The notes under the pieces were generated by a model that was not told the origin of the DNA, did not search any database, and saw only the letters and a list, made by a program, of their open reading frames with translations. From IMG/VR virus record IMGVR_UViG_2667527228_000001, positions 1 to 64,000 of that record: a stretch of DNA of 64,000 nt; one strand, given 5' to 3'. A program made the translations under genes and the position numbers. Every line of letters starts with the position of its first letter. The first letter of the stretch is position 1. Shown one piece after another: positions 35,378-44,836 of this stretch. Source of the stretch: a virus. Lineage: Duplodnaviria; Caudoviricetes.

Positions 35378-35541
35378 ATTGGTTCCTGATGCGCCCATGC
35401 GTCGGTATTACCGGAATCTGCCCCCCACTGTGCACATGGTCCCAACTGGCTGATGGCTCTCTGTCTATCGCAGATGTGGAGCGATTTAACCAGGCCATGG
35501 ACGAGATGTGGGATCAATACGAGGCTGTGAAGAATGGCTAG
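35314..35541 (+). CDS. -1 frameshift extension of the tail assembly chaperone
   Basis: Open -1 frame NWFLMRP...LCTWSQLADG. Confidence 0.6.
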   Translation, partial: RLAAQRRKRRSAGRGGRRSAINWFLMRPCVGITGICPPLCTWSQLADGSLSIADVERFNQAMDEMWDQYEAVKNG

Positions 35542-36985
35542 TAAGGTTCTGAAGTCGTTCCTGATCGGCATCGGCTACGACACCAAAGCCCTGGATGCGG
35601 GCGACAAGAAGATTAACGCCAGCCTTAACGGGATCAAGTCCAACGCCCTCGGAATCTCAGCGGCACTGGTCGGAGCATTTGGGGCTGGCGCCGGGGCAAT
35701 CGTCGGTGTAGCCAATCGCGTAGACAAGCTGGCCATGTCCACACAGAACCTGCGCACCTCGCAGGCTGCCGTATACAACTATGGCAACGCCCTAAAGCTC
35801 ATGGGTGGCGATGCAGCGGACGCTGTCGAGACCTTGGCGCATTTCGAAGAGATTCAAAATAATCTCCGACTCAAAGGTGATGCTGGTCCAATCAATGATT
35901 TGGCTACGGCTGGCATTGATGTCAGCTCGCTGTATAAGACGAGCACTGGTGAAGAGTTCATGCGCGCCCTCGCAAGCATGATTCCAAACCTCGACGAAGG
36001 TCAGCGCGCACAAGTACAAAGCTCGCTCGGGCTATCTGACGGTGTGTTCCGCTCGCTGGCCGGCGGGGTTGATAAGCTCGACGATGCGATGAAGCGCGCC
36101 AGCGGCCTCACTGGCAGTGTCGATCAGTTGACTGACAATGCACGGAAGCTCGCGGAAAACTCCGCAGAGTTCAGCCTGATCCTGGAAGGCATCAACAATG
36201 AGCTTTCTGAGAAGTTCATGAAAAGCCTGGTTGGGGCTGGTAGTGCGCTGAACAACTTCCTCAAGGACCACCGCGAGAGCGTGAGCGGCGTTATTGATTA
36301 CGCCTCAGACAATCCGGTCGCTACAGCGACATTGGGTACTTCCGCAGTTGCAGCCGTCGTTGGGGCAACATTTGCGAAACTTGGTCTTGCATCGATTGGC
36401 GGGCTGGTCAGCAAAACTGGAACCGCTGGCGTTGCCATCACCGGTGGCGCGATTGGGTCAAACCTGATCAACAGGTCTCTAAACGAATATGTGCCGGGTT
36501 ACGGCGATGCTGCTCGCGGCTTTGATGAACTTCTCAAGGATGTGACCGGCTTAGATCGAATCAAAGGGCCGATGGAGCTTATGTATGGGGGGGATGGGAA
36601 TGCAACCCAGAGTCGAAGCGATATCAGGTATGAAAAGCCGCAGGAATATACGGGGAAAGTAATCCGATCACAGAAAGACATCGACTATCTGAATCGACGA
36701 GACGAACCTCCGGTCGAGGTCTCTCGGCCCGCAGAGTCGGTCTACGGCGAAAGGTCAGCGGCAGACATCATCCCGCCGGCCGAAGCAACCAGTCGCGAAG
36801 ATGAGCGAAATGCGAATGCCGATGCACTTGCAGGCGCGCTGAGTCGTACTCCGATCAAGGTGCAAAACCAGCTTGGCGTGACGCTTCAGTTGGACGGGCA
36901 GGCGCTTGAGTCGAAAATCACGCAGGTCAACGAGCGGCAAAACTACGAGACCCTTGGCGACCTGAAGACCACTACGGAGCGATAG
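35534..36985 (+). CDS. Tape measure protein
   Basis: Ala/Gly-rich helical ORF after the chaperone. Confidence 0.8.
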   Translation: MASKVLKSFLIGIGYDTKALDAGDKKINASLNGIKSNALGISAALVGAFGAGAGAIVGVANRVDKLAMSTQNLRTSQAAVYNYGNALKLMGGDAADAVETLAHFEEIQNNLRLKGDAGPINDLATAGIDVSSLYKTSTGEEFMRALASMIPNLDEGQRAQVQSSLGLSDGVFRSLAGGVDKLDDAMKRASGLTGSVDQLTDNARKLAENSAEFSLILEGINNELSEKFMKSLVGAGSALNNFLKDHRESVSGVIDYASDNPVATATLGTSAVAAVVGATFAKLGLASIGGLVSKTGTAGVAITGGAIGSNLINRSLNEYVPGYGDAARGFDELLKDVTGLDRIKGPMELMYGGDGNATQSRSDIRYEKPQEYTGKVIRSQKDIDYLNRRDEPPVEVSRPAESVYGERSAADIIPPAEATSREDERNANADALAGALSRTPIKVQNQLGVTLQLDGQALESKITQVNERQNYETLGDLKTTTER

Positions 36986-36987
36986 CC

Positions 36988-37644
36988 TTGAGCATCATCA
37001 ACATCTTCACGCGCCAGGCTCCGACCATCGCGGGCTACTCGTTTGACGCGGTGCTGGAAGATACGTTCGAGGCCACGGTAAACATCACGTCCTTCCCGAT
37101 TGAGTCAGGCGTGAGGATTTCGGATCACCGAATCCTTAACCCGTTCAAGTGGACAATGACCGGCGCAATCAGCAATAACCCGGTAAAGGTCCAGCTGACC
37201 GACTTTCTAGGTGGTGCACTCTCCAACCTCACCAGCAACCCGATCGTTTCAACGGTAGCCGGTCTTTCAGCCGGTTTCTTGGCAGGCAGCGATGAAACAC
37301 GGGCAAGCTCTACGCTCGAGTTTCTTGTCTGGCTGATGCAGTCCTATGACCCGTTCGATATTGATGCTGGCGACATCCTGCTCAAGAACATGGCGATCAC
37401 GCGACTATCTCGAACCAAGGAGCCGCGGAACGAGGGTGGCCTTGAGTTCGTCGTGGAGCTTCAGGAAGTTATCGAACTGGACCGAATCGCCCGTGATGCA
37501 GAGTGCTCGATTCCTCAACTCCGGGATGGCGACCCGTCACAGAGTGCTCTTGCCCGTGCGATCAGGCGGGGGCAGGCCATTGCCAAGGAGGCAACGGATA
37601 CTGTGGCGAGTGCAGTGAACAACGTTCTTGATGGGGTGGTTTGA
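36988..37644 (+). CDS. Baseplate / tube initiator protein
   Basis: FPIESGVRISDH motif. Confidence 0.7.
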   Translation: MSIINIFTRQAPTIAGYSFDAVLEDTFEATVNITSFPIESGVRISDHRILNPFKWTMTGAISNNPVKVQLTDFLGGALSNLTSNPIVSTVAGLSAGFLAGSDETRASSTLEFLVWLMQSYDPFDIDAGDILLKNMAITRLSRTKEPRNEGGLEFVVELQEVIELDRIARDAECSIPQLRDGDPSQSALARAIRRGQAIAKEATDTVASAVNNVLDGVV

Positions 37645-37952
37645 TGTTCGTGATTCCGTTGCGCGCCGGCGCCGAAAATGCTCATCAGCGATTTGCTGTG
37701 CAGCTGGGTGACAACCTGATCGACTTCGAGGTGGATTTCATCTCGTACCTTGATTATCCGGCCTGGTCGATGAACCTGGTGCGAGACGGAACCCGTCTTG
37801 TGGCAGGCGCAATGCTGGAGCCTGGTAGCGACGTGATTCAGAGCTACCGGACCGCAATAGGCCAAATGGTTTTCACGGGTGCAGATGTCACGCTGGACAA
37901 CCTGGGCGTCGAAAACTTTCTGGTCTGGATTCCCCCTACGGTGGACACATGA
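37644..37952 (+). CDS. Baseplate protein
   Basis: Position. Confidence 0.6.
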   Translation: MFVIPLRAGAENAHQRFAVQLGDNLIDFEVDFISYLDYPAWSMNLVRDGTRLVAGAMLEPGSDVIQSYRTAIGQMVFTGADVTLDNLGVENFLVWIPPTVDT

Positions 37953-39364
37953 GACAGCGAGTGTGGTCGGTCGACATAAACGGCAATCCATACATCAGCC
38001 AGCAGGCCGGGCAGCGTCAGTTCAGAATTCAATTCAACGTCGATATCTCGCCTGGTGATGCGGTCTCATTTGCCGACATCCGCCTCTACAACATGAACAA
38101 GAGATCAGCCATCGCCCAGCGATCCAGCATTGTTCTGCGTGCCGGATACAGCGACAACATCGATGCGATTTTCACAGGGTTTGTGACCAACACCCTGCGC
38201 GAGCGTGAGCCTGGATCGCCTGAGATCATTACCCGCCTGATTTGTCGCTCTGGGCAGCCAGCGACTGATCGATTATCTGCACAGCTTTCATTCGGGGTCG
38301 GCTCTCGTGTTGAAGAAGTGATTCGGGCTCTGGCAAGGGCGTGGCCCCTGCCGGTTGATATCGATAATGCTCAGTTCGCCGACACTCCAGCGCTGACATC
38401 AGGGTTGGTTGTTGATGGCGATATCCCTTCCGCCATGGCTGATCTGGCTTATGCCTACAAGTTTGAATGGATGCAGGATCGTGGGCGGATCGTGGTTACC
38501 AAGCCAAATATGCCACGCTCAACCACCATCGTTCAGGTTGACCAGTTCAGCGGAATGATCGGTATTCCCGAGGTTTCTCGCGGTCCTGATGGGCTTGGCG
38601 TATTCGTGGCAGTCCAACTGAGCCCATCGCTGCGTATCAACGGGAAAATCAACGTAGAGAGCGAGTTTGCGACGTTCAACACAGGGAATCTGTTCGTCTC
38701 CGAGCTGAGCGGTGACGCCACTGCGAACGGTGAGTACAACGTGCTCGCAATGAAGCATTCCGGGGATTCGCATAGTGATCAGTGGCGCACGGAGATTGAT
38801 GGCCTCCGGGCTGGTACGGCGCCAGCGGCTACCGAGGTCGCCACCTCCGAGAACGGGAAACTCATCTGGGGCGCCCGGGTAGAACAGGCGTTCCGGGTCA
38901 AGGTGCGGGAGATTTCCGGAAACTTGTCCATAGATCCCAACTGGCTGATGGCCGTGATGGGGTTCGAAACCGGATACACGTTCAGTCCCGCCGCACGAAA
39001 TCCAGGCAGCACAGCAACCGGGCTTATCCAGTTCGTTGAGTCGACGGCTAGGAGCCTTGGCACGTCCACAGCGCAACTAGCGCGTATGACCGCAGTGCGG
39101 CAGCTGGATTATGTTGAGGGCTATTACCGCCCATATAACGGTCGCATCCGTAACCTTGGCGACGCCTATCTCGCTGTCCTGTGGCCGTCAGCGGTTGGCA
39201 GGCCGGATTCCTACGTGATGTGGGAGCGTGACTCCGGGCCTTACCAGCGCGAGTATGCCGCCAACTCCGGCCTCGATGTGAACCACGATGGTGTCATCAC
39301 CCGTGGAGAGGCAGTCTCATCGGTGAACACGTCCTACATGCGCGGACAGCAGTTCATGCGATAG
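37949..39364 (+). CDS. Baseplate hub with a C-terminal lytic transglycosylase domain
   Basis: IRLYNM...LRAGY hub segment; AVMGFETG...ATGLIQF lysozyme-fold motif. Confidence 0.75.
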   Translation: MRQRVWSVDINGNPYISQQAGQRQFRIQFNVDISPGDAVSFADIRLYNMNKRSAIAQRSSIVLRAGYSDNIDAIFTGFVTNTLREREPGSPEIITRLICRSGQPATDRLSAQLSFGVGSRVEEVIRALARAWPLPVDIDNAQFADTPALTSGLVVDGDIPSAMADLAYAYKFEWMQDRGRIVVTKPNMPRSTTIVQVDQFSGMIGIPEVSRGPDGLGVFVAVQLSPSLRINGKINVESEFATFNTGNLFVSELSGDATANGEYNVLAMKHSGDSHSDQWRTEIDGLRAGTAPAATEVATSENGKLIWGARVEQAFRVKVREISGNLSIDPNWLMAVMGFETGYTFSPAARNPGSTATGLIQFVESTARSLGTSTAQLARMTAVRQLDYVEGYYRPYNGRIRNLGDAYLAVLWPSAVGRPDSYVMWERDSGPYQREYAANSGLDVNHDGVITRGEAVSSVNTSYMRGQQFMR

Positions 39365-39458
39365 GCCCTTGGTTGAGCTCAGACCAACTGATACATTTTT
39401 CACCTGAATTCAGCTTCTGTTTGGCTGATAATATGTTTTTAACCCGCGGACTGGTGCG

Positions 39459-40067
39459 ATGAAAAGTTATCTAGTGGCTTTGATTTTTTTGATAGTTACT
39501 CCGGCTATCGCAGCTTCCGATAATGCTAAAAATCAAATAGATTTTCTCGATACGCCCTACGCGGTAACGCACCTAAGTGATTTTGATATCGATTGCGTGT
39601 GGACAAAAGACGATCAAGGAAGGCTGAAAAGTGAGGCGATGGGGCCAGATGGTCCGGGCGTGTGCTGGGACAAAAAATCAGTTGATCAGGTTAGAAAACT
39701 GGATGAAGAGGGTAAGTTAACCTGGCATAACCCGACCGGCAGCGACCATACAGGTGGAAATGAAAGTGAACGAAGGGTCGAGTTCGGCGGGTATGTTGCT
39801 ACTAAAAATAATCTACTCGGATCCGTGTTGCTTGCCTGCTACACCGGCAGCTTAGACAGCGACGGCCTGCTGGTTTCTAAAGAAGAGCAAGAAAATAGAT
39901 ATATGGCTTTGCTGGGTTTATACGAAGGCGAGCCATCGAGCATTAAAAAAGTAACTAATGCGTATAGTTTTGCACGCCGAAATCTTAGTGACCGTTACCC
40001 GCTAGATACAAGGGGTCAGTATCGCGCCGCTGTTTGCGATCAGATGGTAAAGAAGGGAAAGCTTTAA
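39459..40067 (+). CDS. Exported hypothetical protein (moron)
   Basis: Signal peptide (AIA-A); AT-richer DNA; own terminator. Confidence 0.75.
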   Translation: MKSYLVALIFLIVTPAIAASDNAKNQIDFLDTPYAVTHLSDFDIDCVWTKDDQGRLKSEAMGPDGPGVCWDKKSVDQVRKLDEEGKLTWHNPTGSDHTGGNESERRVEFGGYVATKNNLLGSVLLACYTGSLDSDGLLVSKEEQENRYMALLGLYEGEPSSIKKVTNAYSFARRNLSDRYPLDTRGQYRAAVCDQMVKKGKL

Positions 40068-40106
40068 AGATTCCCGTATGTGATAGATAACCATGAATTA
40101 ATAAAC

Positions 40107-40129
40107 AAACCCGCTCCGGCGGGTTTTTT
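40107..40129 (+). terminator. Rho-independent terminator
   Basis: AAACCCGC-TCCG-GCGGGTTTTTT. Confidence 0.8.
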
Positions 40130-40156
40130 ATTACCTGCGGTAAATGGAGAGCCTTA

Positions 40157-40864
40157 ATGCTTGAATCAGAAGGCCGCGCAAAGCAGGCGAAACTGATCCG
40201 CGATGCATTCCGCGAGGTCATGAAAGGTGTGAGTACTTCGATACCTGGGCACGTTCTTACCTTCAGCCCGTTGACCCAGCTTGCTCAGGTACAGCCAGGC
40301 ATTGCGCGGGTGGACATCAATGGAGCCGAGTTCAAGGTGCCACCAATCATCGAGGTTCCGGTCTATTTCCCGGGAGGTGACTTCTGTGTCGAGTATCAGA
40401 TTGACCCCCAATGCGAGGGCGACATCCTGTTCTCTCAACGCTGCATCGATGGATGGATCCAGAGCGGCGGAATTGCTGCAAACCCGATCGGGCGTTTCCA
40501 CAACATGCAGGACGCAATGTTCCTTCCTGGCTTCCGCTCGCAACCGAATGTGTTGCCGGAGTTCCAAAACAACGGCGTGCGCATGCGCAACAAGGCTGGC
40601 ACGCAGTTCGTCTGGCTGAAGAACGACAACAGCATCTCCATGGATAACGGGGTCGCGAAGTTTGACGTGCTGGCGGACGGCACAACTCTGATGCAAAACG
40701 GCGCTGGCAGCTTTCGGTTGCAGGCAGACGGATCGTTCCTGATCAACGGCCTGAAGATTACGCCTGACGGCGACGTGATCACGGCTACCGGCATTTCCCT
40801 CAAAAATCACAGAACGTCCGGTGTTACGCCTGGATCTGGAACAAGTGGAGTGCCAGTTATATGA
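40157..40864 (+). CDS. Baseplate spike (Gp138-like)
   Basis: FSQRCIDGW; C-terminal SLKNHRTSGV. Confidence 0.8.
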   Translation: MLESEGRAKQAKLIRDAFREVMKGVSTSIPGHVLTFSPLTQLAQVQPGIARVDINGAEFKVPPIIEVPVYFPGGDFCVEYQIDPQCEGDILFSQRCIDGWIQSGGIAANPIGRFHNMQDAMFLPGFRSQPNVLPEFQNNGVRMRNKAGTQFVWLKNDNSISMDNGVAKFDVLADGTTLMQNGAGSFRLQADGSFLINGLKITPDGDVITATGISLKNHRTSGVTPGSGTSGVPVI

Positions 40865-41208
40865 CCGTGCGCAAATTGGACGACAACGGCGACATCGTGA
40901 CTCGTGGCCAGCAGTTCCTAGGCGGAAAAGAAGAGATCGCCCAGACGGTGATGACCAGGCTTCGGTTGTTCCTCGGCGAGTACTTTCGCGACATCACGGA
41001 CGGCACGCCTTGGTACGAGCAGATCCTCGGCAAATTCGCCAGCCTCTCTGCTGCCGAAGCCGCGCTAAGGGCAAGGATCGCCAACACTCCCGGCGTCATC
41101 CGCCTCACCAGCTTCTCCGCTGACTTCGACATCAACGCCCGCCGTTACAGCGTGACCGCTGGAATTCTCACCGCGTTCGGCCTGGAAGAGGTAACACTGG
41201 ATGGCTAG
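40861..41208 (+). CDS. Baseplate wedge protein
   Basis: RLRLFLGEYF...GTPW. Confidence 0.7.
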   Translation: MTVRKLDDNGDIVTRGQQFLGGKEEIAQTVMTRLRLFLGEYFRDITDGTPWYEQILGKFASLSAAEAALRARIANTPGVIRLTSFSADFDINARRYSVTAGILTAFGLEEVTLDG

Positions 41209-42421
41209 CCTGACCGCAAATGGCTACGTGCTGCAGACGCAAAATGACTGGTTCGCGCAGGAGCGGCAGTTCTACCTCGATATCGACCCGCTTTGGAATC
41301 TTGACCCTTCCACCCCTGACGGCTTGAAGATGGCGCATGACGCCGAGATCTTCTATTCGTTGGATGAGACCCTTCAGCAGGCCTACAACTCGAAAGACCC
41401 TAACAAGGCGAAGCGCACGGATCTGGATATCGTCTGCTCGCTGACAGGGACAACCCGCTCGAATGGTTCTGGTTCCAGCGTACAGCTGACACTAACGGCC
41501 ACCGCAGGCACGGTGATATTCGCGGGAAACCGCTTTGAGTCAACCGTCACCGGTAGCCGCTGGACGACAGATCAGACGGTTACAGCGGACGTATCTGGTC
41601 TCGCCATTATCAATGCGACCTGCACCGTGGTCGGGCCAACGCAGGCCGATACGGGCACCATCACTCGCATCGTAGACGTGGTCGCTGGCCTGTCTGCCGT
41701 CACGAACGCGGCCCCAGCTACGCCAGGCATCGACGCGCAGACCGATGAGCAACTGCGCGTGACCAGGGCAACCGCCGTCGGCAGACCTGGCAACAACCAG
41801 ATCGATTCGATGCTTGGTGAGATTTTCAGCGTCGCCGGCGTCCGAAGGGTAAAGGTCTACGAGAACGACACGAACAGCGCGGCGGTTTCTTCGGATAACC
41901 CATACGGGCTTCCGGCTCACTCTATTGCGCCGGTAATCGACGGCGGTGTTGACGCTGATGTGGCCATGGCCATTTACCTGAAGAAGAACCCAGGTGCACT
42001 GCTTTTTCAGGCCGGCACCCCATTTTCGGTTCTGGTGACATCGCCGAAGTATCCCAGCAACAAGAAACTGATCAAGGCCAGTCGCCCGGTCTATGTCGAC
42101 GCCATCCTGAATATCACCCTTGTCAACGACGGAACGCTCCCGTCAACGATCATCCAGGAGATCAAGGACGCGGTTGTCGAGTTCGGTCAGGGCGAGCTCA
42201 TTCCGGCAGATGTCGGATTCAAGATCACCGGCTTCGATATCGGCGAATCGGTCCCGTTCAGCACGGCACTTACGCCTGTCAACAAGGTGATCGGCTCGTA
42301 CGGGAATAGCTACGTCAATATAGCCTCGTCGAACCTGAACGGATCCACAGGCACGCTGGCGATTGCCTACAACCAGATGTCGCGGTGGACCTTGGCCAAC
42401 GTCAACGTGACGGTGACTTGA
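41201..42421 (+). CDS. Baseplate J-like protein
   Basis: TDEQLR...VYENDT...PAHSI. Confidence 0.82.
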   Translation: MASLTANGYVLQTQNDWFAQERQFYLDIDPLWNLDPSTPDGLKMAHDAEIFYSLDETLQQAYNSKDPNKAKRTDLDIVCSLTGTTRSNGSGSSVQLTLTATAGTVIFAGNRFESTVTGSRWTTDQTVTADVSGLAIINATCTVVGPTQADTGTITRIVDVVAGLSAVTNAAPATPGIDAQTDEQLRVTRATAVGRPGNNQIDSMLGEIFSVAGVRRVKVYENDTNSAAVSSDNPYGLPAHSIAPVIDGGVDADVAMAIYLKKNPGALLFQAGTPFSVLVTSPKYPSNKKLIKASRPVYVDAILNITLVNDGTLPSTIIQEIKDAVVEFGQGELIPADVGFKITGFDIGESVPFSTALTPVNKVIGSYGNSYVNIASSNLNGSTGTLAIAYNQMSRWTLANVNVTVT

Positions 42422-43062
42422 TGAACATTCCAGATCGGGTCTATGCCCAGTATCAGAACAAGCCGAAGGCGGTCGCGTGGTTCTCGATCGCTCGTTCACT
42501 CGGAGGCGATATCGAAGCCGCAACCGAAGCGGTCCGCAAAAGCTACGACATCGATAGCGCCGAAGGAGAGGTGCTCAACGTCATCGGGCGTATCGTGGTG
42601 GCCCCGCGCAGTTTCCTGGGCGCGGTCGATATGAACCCCGGGTTTTTCGATCTTATAGACGGATCTGAGTTTGGCGACGAAGACGCGATGTTCAGCCCTC
42701 TGAGCATTGATCAGGACGGAAAGCTTTCCGATGAGCTCTACCGCTTGGTGATCAAAGCCAAGATCGTCAAGAACAATGGCGACGCGACAATAGAAAACAT
42801 CCTTGAGGGGATAAATTTCCTTTTACCGAACGCCGACGTGTTGCGCGTCACTGACGGTGAAGACATGTCGTTCAGCATCGAGTTCTATGGAGAGATTTCC
42901 GATCTTGAGCGATTTGCTCTGCTCAATGCCGGCCTTGTACCGAAGCCTCAGGCAGTCCAGTTCAATGGATTCCTTGAGGGATTCGGAATGTTCGAGTTCG
43001 GTGATACAGATGCCGAGTTCGGTGATGAAAGCGCAGAATTTGCAGGATACATAGGGGCTTAA
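42421..43062 (+). CDS. Baseplate protein (DUF2612-like)
   Basis: AEGEVLNVIGRIV...LSDELYR. Confidence 0.75.
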   Translation: MNIPDRVYAQYQNKPKAVAWFSIARSLGGDIEAATEAVRKSYDIDSAEGEVLNVIGRIVVAPRSFLGAVDMNPGFFDLIDGSEFGDEDAMFSPLSIDQDGKLSDELYRLVIKAKIVKNNGDATIENILEGINFLLPNADVLRVTDGEDMSFSIEFYGEISDLERFALLNAGLVPKPQAVQFNGFLEGFGMFEFGDTDAEFGDESAEFAGYIGA

Positions 43063-43063
43063 C

Positions 43064-44359
43064 ATGTCACTGAAGCTTAACGAACGCTACCCGGGTCGAT
43101 TCAACAACCCATCCGCTGACTACCCACAGGGCTATTTCAAGAACAGAACAAGCCCCACCGCGAAGGACGGTTCGTATCTTGAGCAAGATTGGGCAAACGA
43201 TAAGGAAGGTTTCTTTCAGTCCTTGATTTCTGTGGCAGGGTTAGTCCCAAACGGATTGGTCGACAAGGTCGGTGCATCTCAGTATTACGATGCCTTGCTG
43301 AACGTTCTGTACGCCGCAGCCCGGAAAACCCCTGTTCTAAACGACACCGGAACTGCTGGCGTCTACGCAGCCGCGAACACCCCGGCACTTACTGCATTGC
43401 CGGCCACCGGCTATATGCAACGGGTGAAGATCGCCAACCTTAACCCAGGGGCGTCCACCTACGCACCAGACGGCCTTGCCGCTAAACCGATTTATGGCCT
43501 TGGCCTTCAGCCACTTCAGGGCGGTGAGCTTCCCGCCGGTGTGGCAGTTCTTATGTACCTGGTGCAAGCCGGCGTAAACGGCGGTAACGGGGCGTGGATT
43601 ATTATCGAGTCCCTTGGCGGGGCCCAACAAGTTGCGGCGGCTACCAAGTCCCAGCATGCCATGCAGTTCGGCCAAGCCACTGGACGGCTGTTGCGCACCA
43701 CGATCTACATCAACAACGGCGGTACCCTGCAAGCATCGGTCGATGGCGGTGCGTTCGCCAACGTCAGCTCAACCTTCACACCACACCCATTGGCGTTAAC
43801 CGCCGAAGGTGAGGTCCAAGGGGGTGGTGGAGGTGGGGGGAATGCCGCATCCACTGGCGCTAGCCAAGTGTCCGCCGGAGCTGGCGGTGCCGCTGGAGGA
43901 TACGCGCGAAAGCGTGGAGCGATCGCCTCATTCGCTGGACAGACTATTTCGGTTGGCGCCGGTGGCTCCGCATCAGTAGGCGGGTCCAGTGCTATCGGGT
44001 TATTGGTCTCCGCTTCAGGTGGCGGGCTTGGTCAAACCGGCGCAGCAGGCTCAGCCACGAATAATCCCTTCGGCGGATCAAATGGAGGGGTTGGGACTGG
44101 CGGGGACTTAAACGCATTGGGTGGCGGTGGAATATACGCGCTCTATGCCACTGCTCCTATTAGCGGAAAGGGCGGGGCTTCTCTATTCGGTGATGGTGGC
44201 CCACCTACAGGCGGTCCGCCAACCACAGGCAGCCCAGGGAACGCAGCTGTAAGTTATGGCGCTGGTGGTTCTGGAGCGGCTAATGGTGCCTCAGTGGCCA
44301 CGAATAGTTTTGGCGGTGCTGGAAAAGGTGGCTTAGTAATTATTCGGGAGTACGCATAA
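43064..44359 (+). CDS. Tail fibre protein with Gly-rich C-terminus
   Basis: Position after the baseplate genes; GGGGGG and GAGG repeats. Confidence 0.8.
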   Translation: MSLKLNERYPGRFNNPSADYPQGYFKNRTSPTAKDGSYLEQDWANDKEGFFQSLISVAGLVPNGLVDKVGASQYYDALLNVLYAAARKTPVLNDTGTAGVYAAANTPALTALPATGYMQRVKIANLNPGASTYAPDGLAAKPIYGLGLQPLQGGELPAGVAVLMYLVQAGVNGGNGAWIIIESLGGAQQVAAATKSQHAMQFGQATGRLLRTTIYINNGGTLQASVDGGAFANVSSTFTPHPLALTAEGEVQGGGGGGGNAASTGASQVSAGAGGAAGGYARKRGAIASFAGQTISVGAGGSASVGGSSAIGLLVSASGGGLGQTGAAGSATNNPFGGSNGGVGTGGDLNALGGGGIYALYATAPISGKGGASLFGDGGPPTGGPPTTGSPGNAAVSYGAGGSGAANGASVATNSFGGAGKGGLVIIREYA

Positions 44360-44820
44360 TGTTTAAAATTTACGCGCGGATTGATAATGGTGTGTACGTG
44401 GAGTTCATCGCTCCAGCGGACCCATATGATACTGAGGCCCCGGACTGGGAAGAGGGTGAGCCAAGCCGGATAGGGACTGAGCGACCAATTGAAGTAAGGT
44501 TCCCGGCTGAAATCGTCGCGACCATGGTCGACATAACAGGCATGGATCCCATGCCGCAGCCAGGTTGGACGTATAACGACGGCTTGTTCGCCGGTCCGGC
44601 AACACCAGTGATTGACTACACAGCAATAAATTCGGCATTCCTGCAGCAACTTAGCATGCAGGCTTCGCAGTCCATGACGCCTTATTTTTTGGCTTTGAAC
44701 CTTGGAAACGCTACGGATGAAGAGACGTTGAAAGCCAAGGAATGGCAGATGTATTACCGAGATCTTCAGGTCGTTGATATCACCGAAGAGTCGCCGGCAT
44801 GGCCTGTACCACCCACTTGA
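44359..44820 (+). CDS. Tail fibre assembly chaperone
   Basis: C-terminal WQMYYRDL...WPVPP. Confidence 0.8.
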   Translation: MFKIYARIDNGVYVEFIAPADPYDTEAPDWEEGEPSRIGTERPIEVRFPAEIVATMVDITGMDPMPQPGWTYNDGLFAGPATPVIDYTAINSAFLQQLSMQASQSMTPYFLALNLGNATDEETLKAKEWQMYYRDLQVVDITEESPAWPVPPT

Positions 44821-44836
44821 TGGAATAGCAGTATCT

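Noticed and set aside
43064-44359. Tail fibre as a remote DGR target
   Set aside because: No TR-like sequence seen by eye; the C-terminus is Gly-rich, not CLec-like. Targets outside the window are not excluded.
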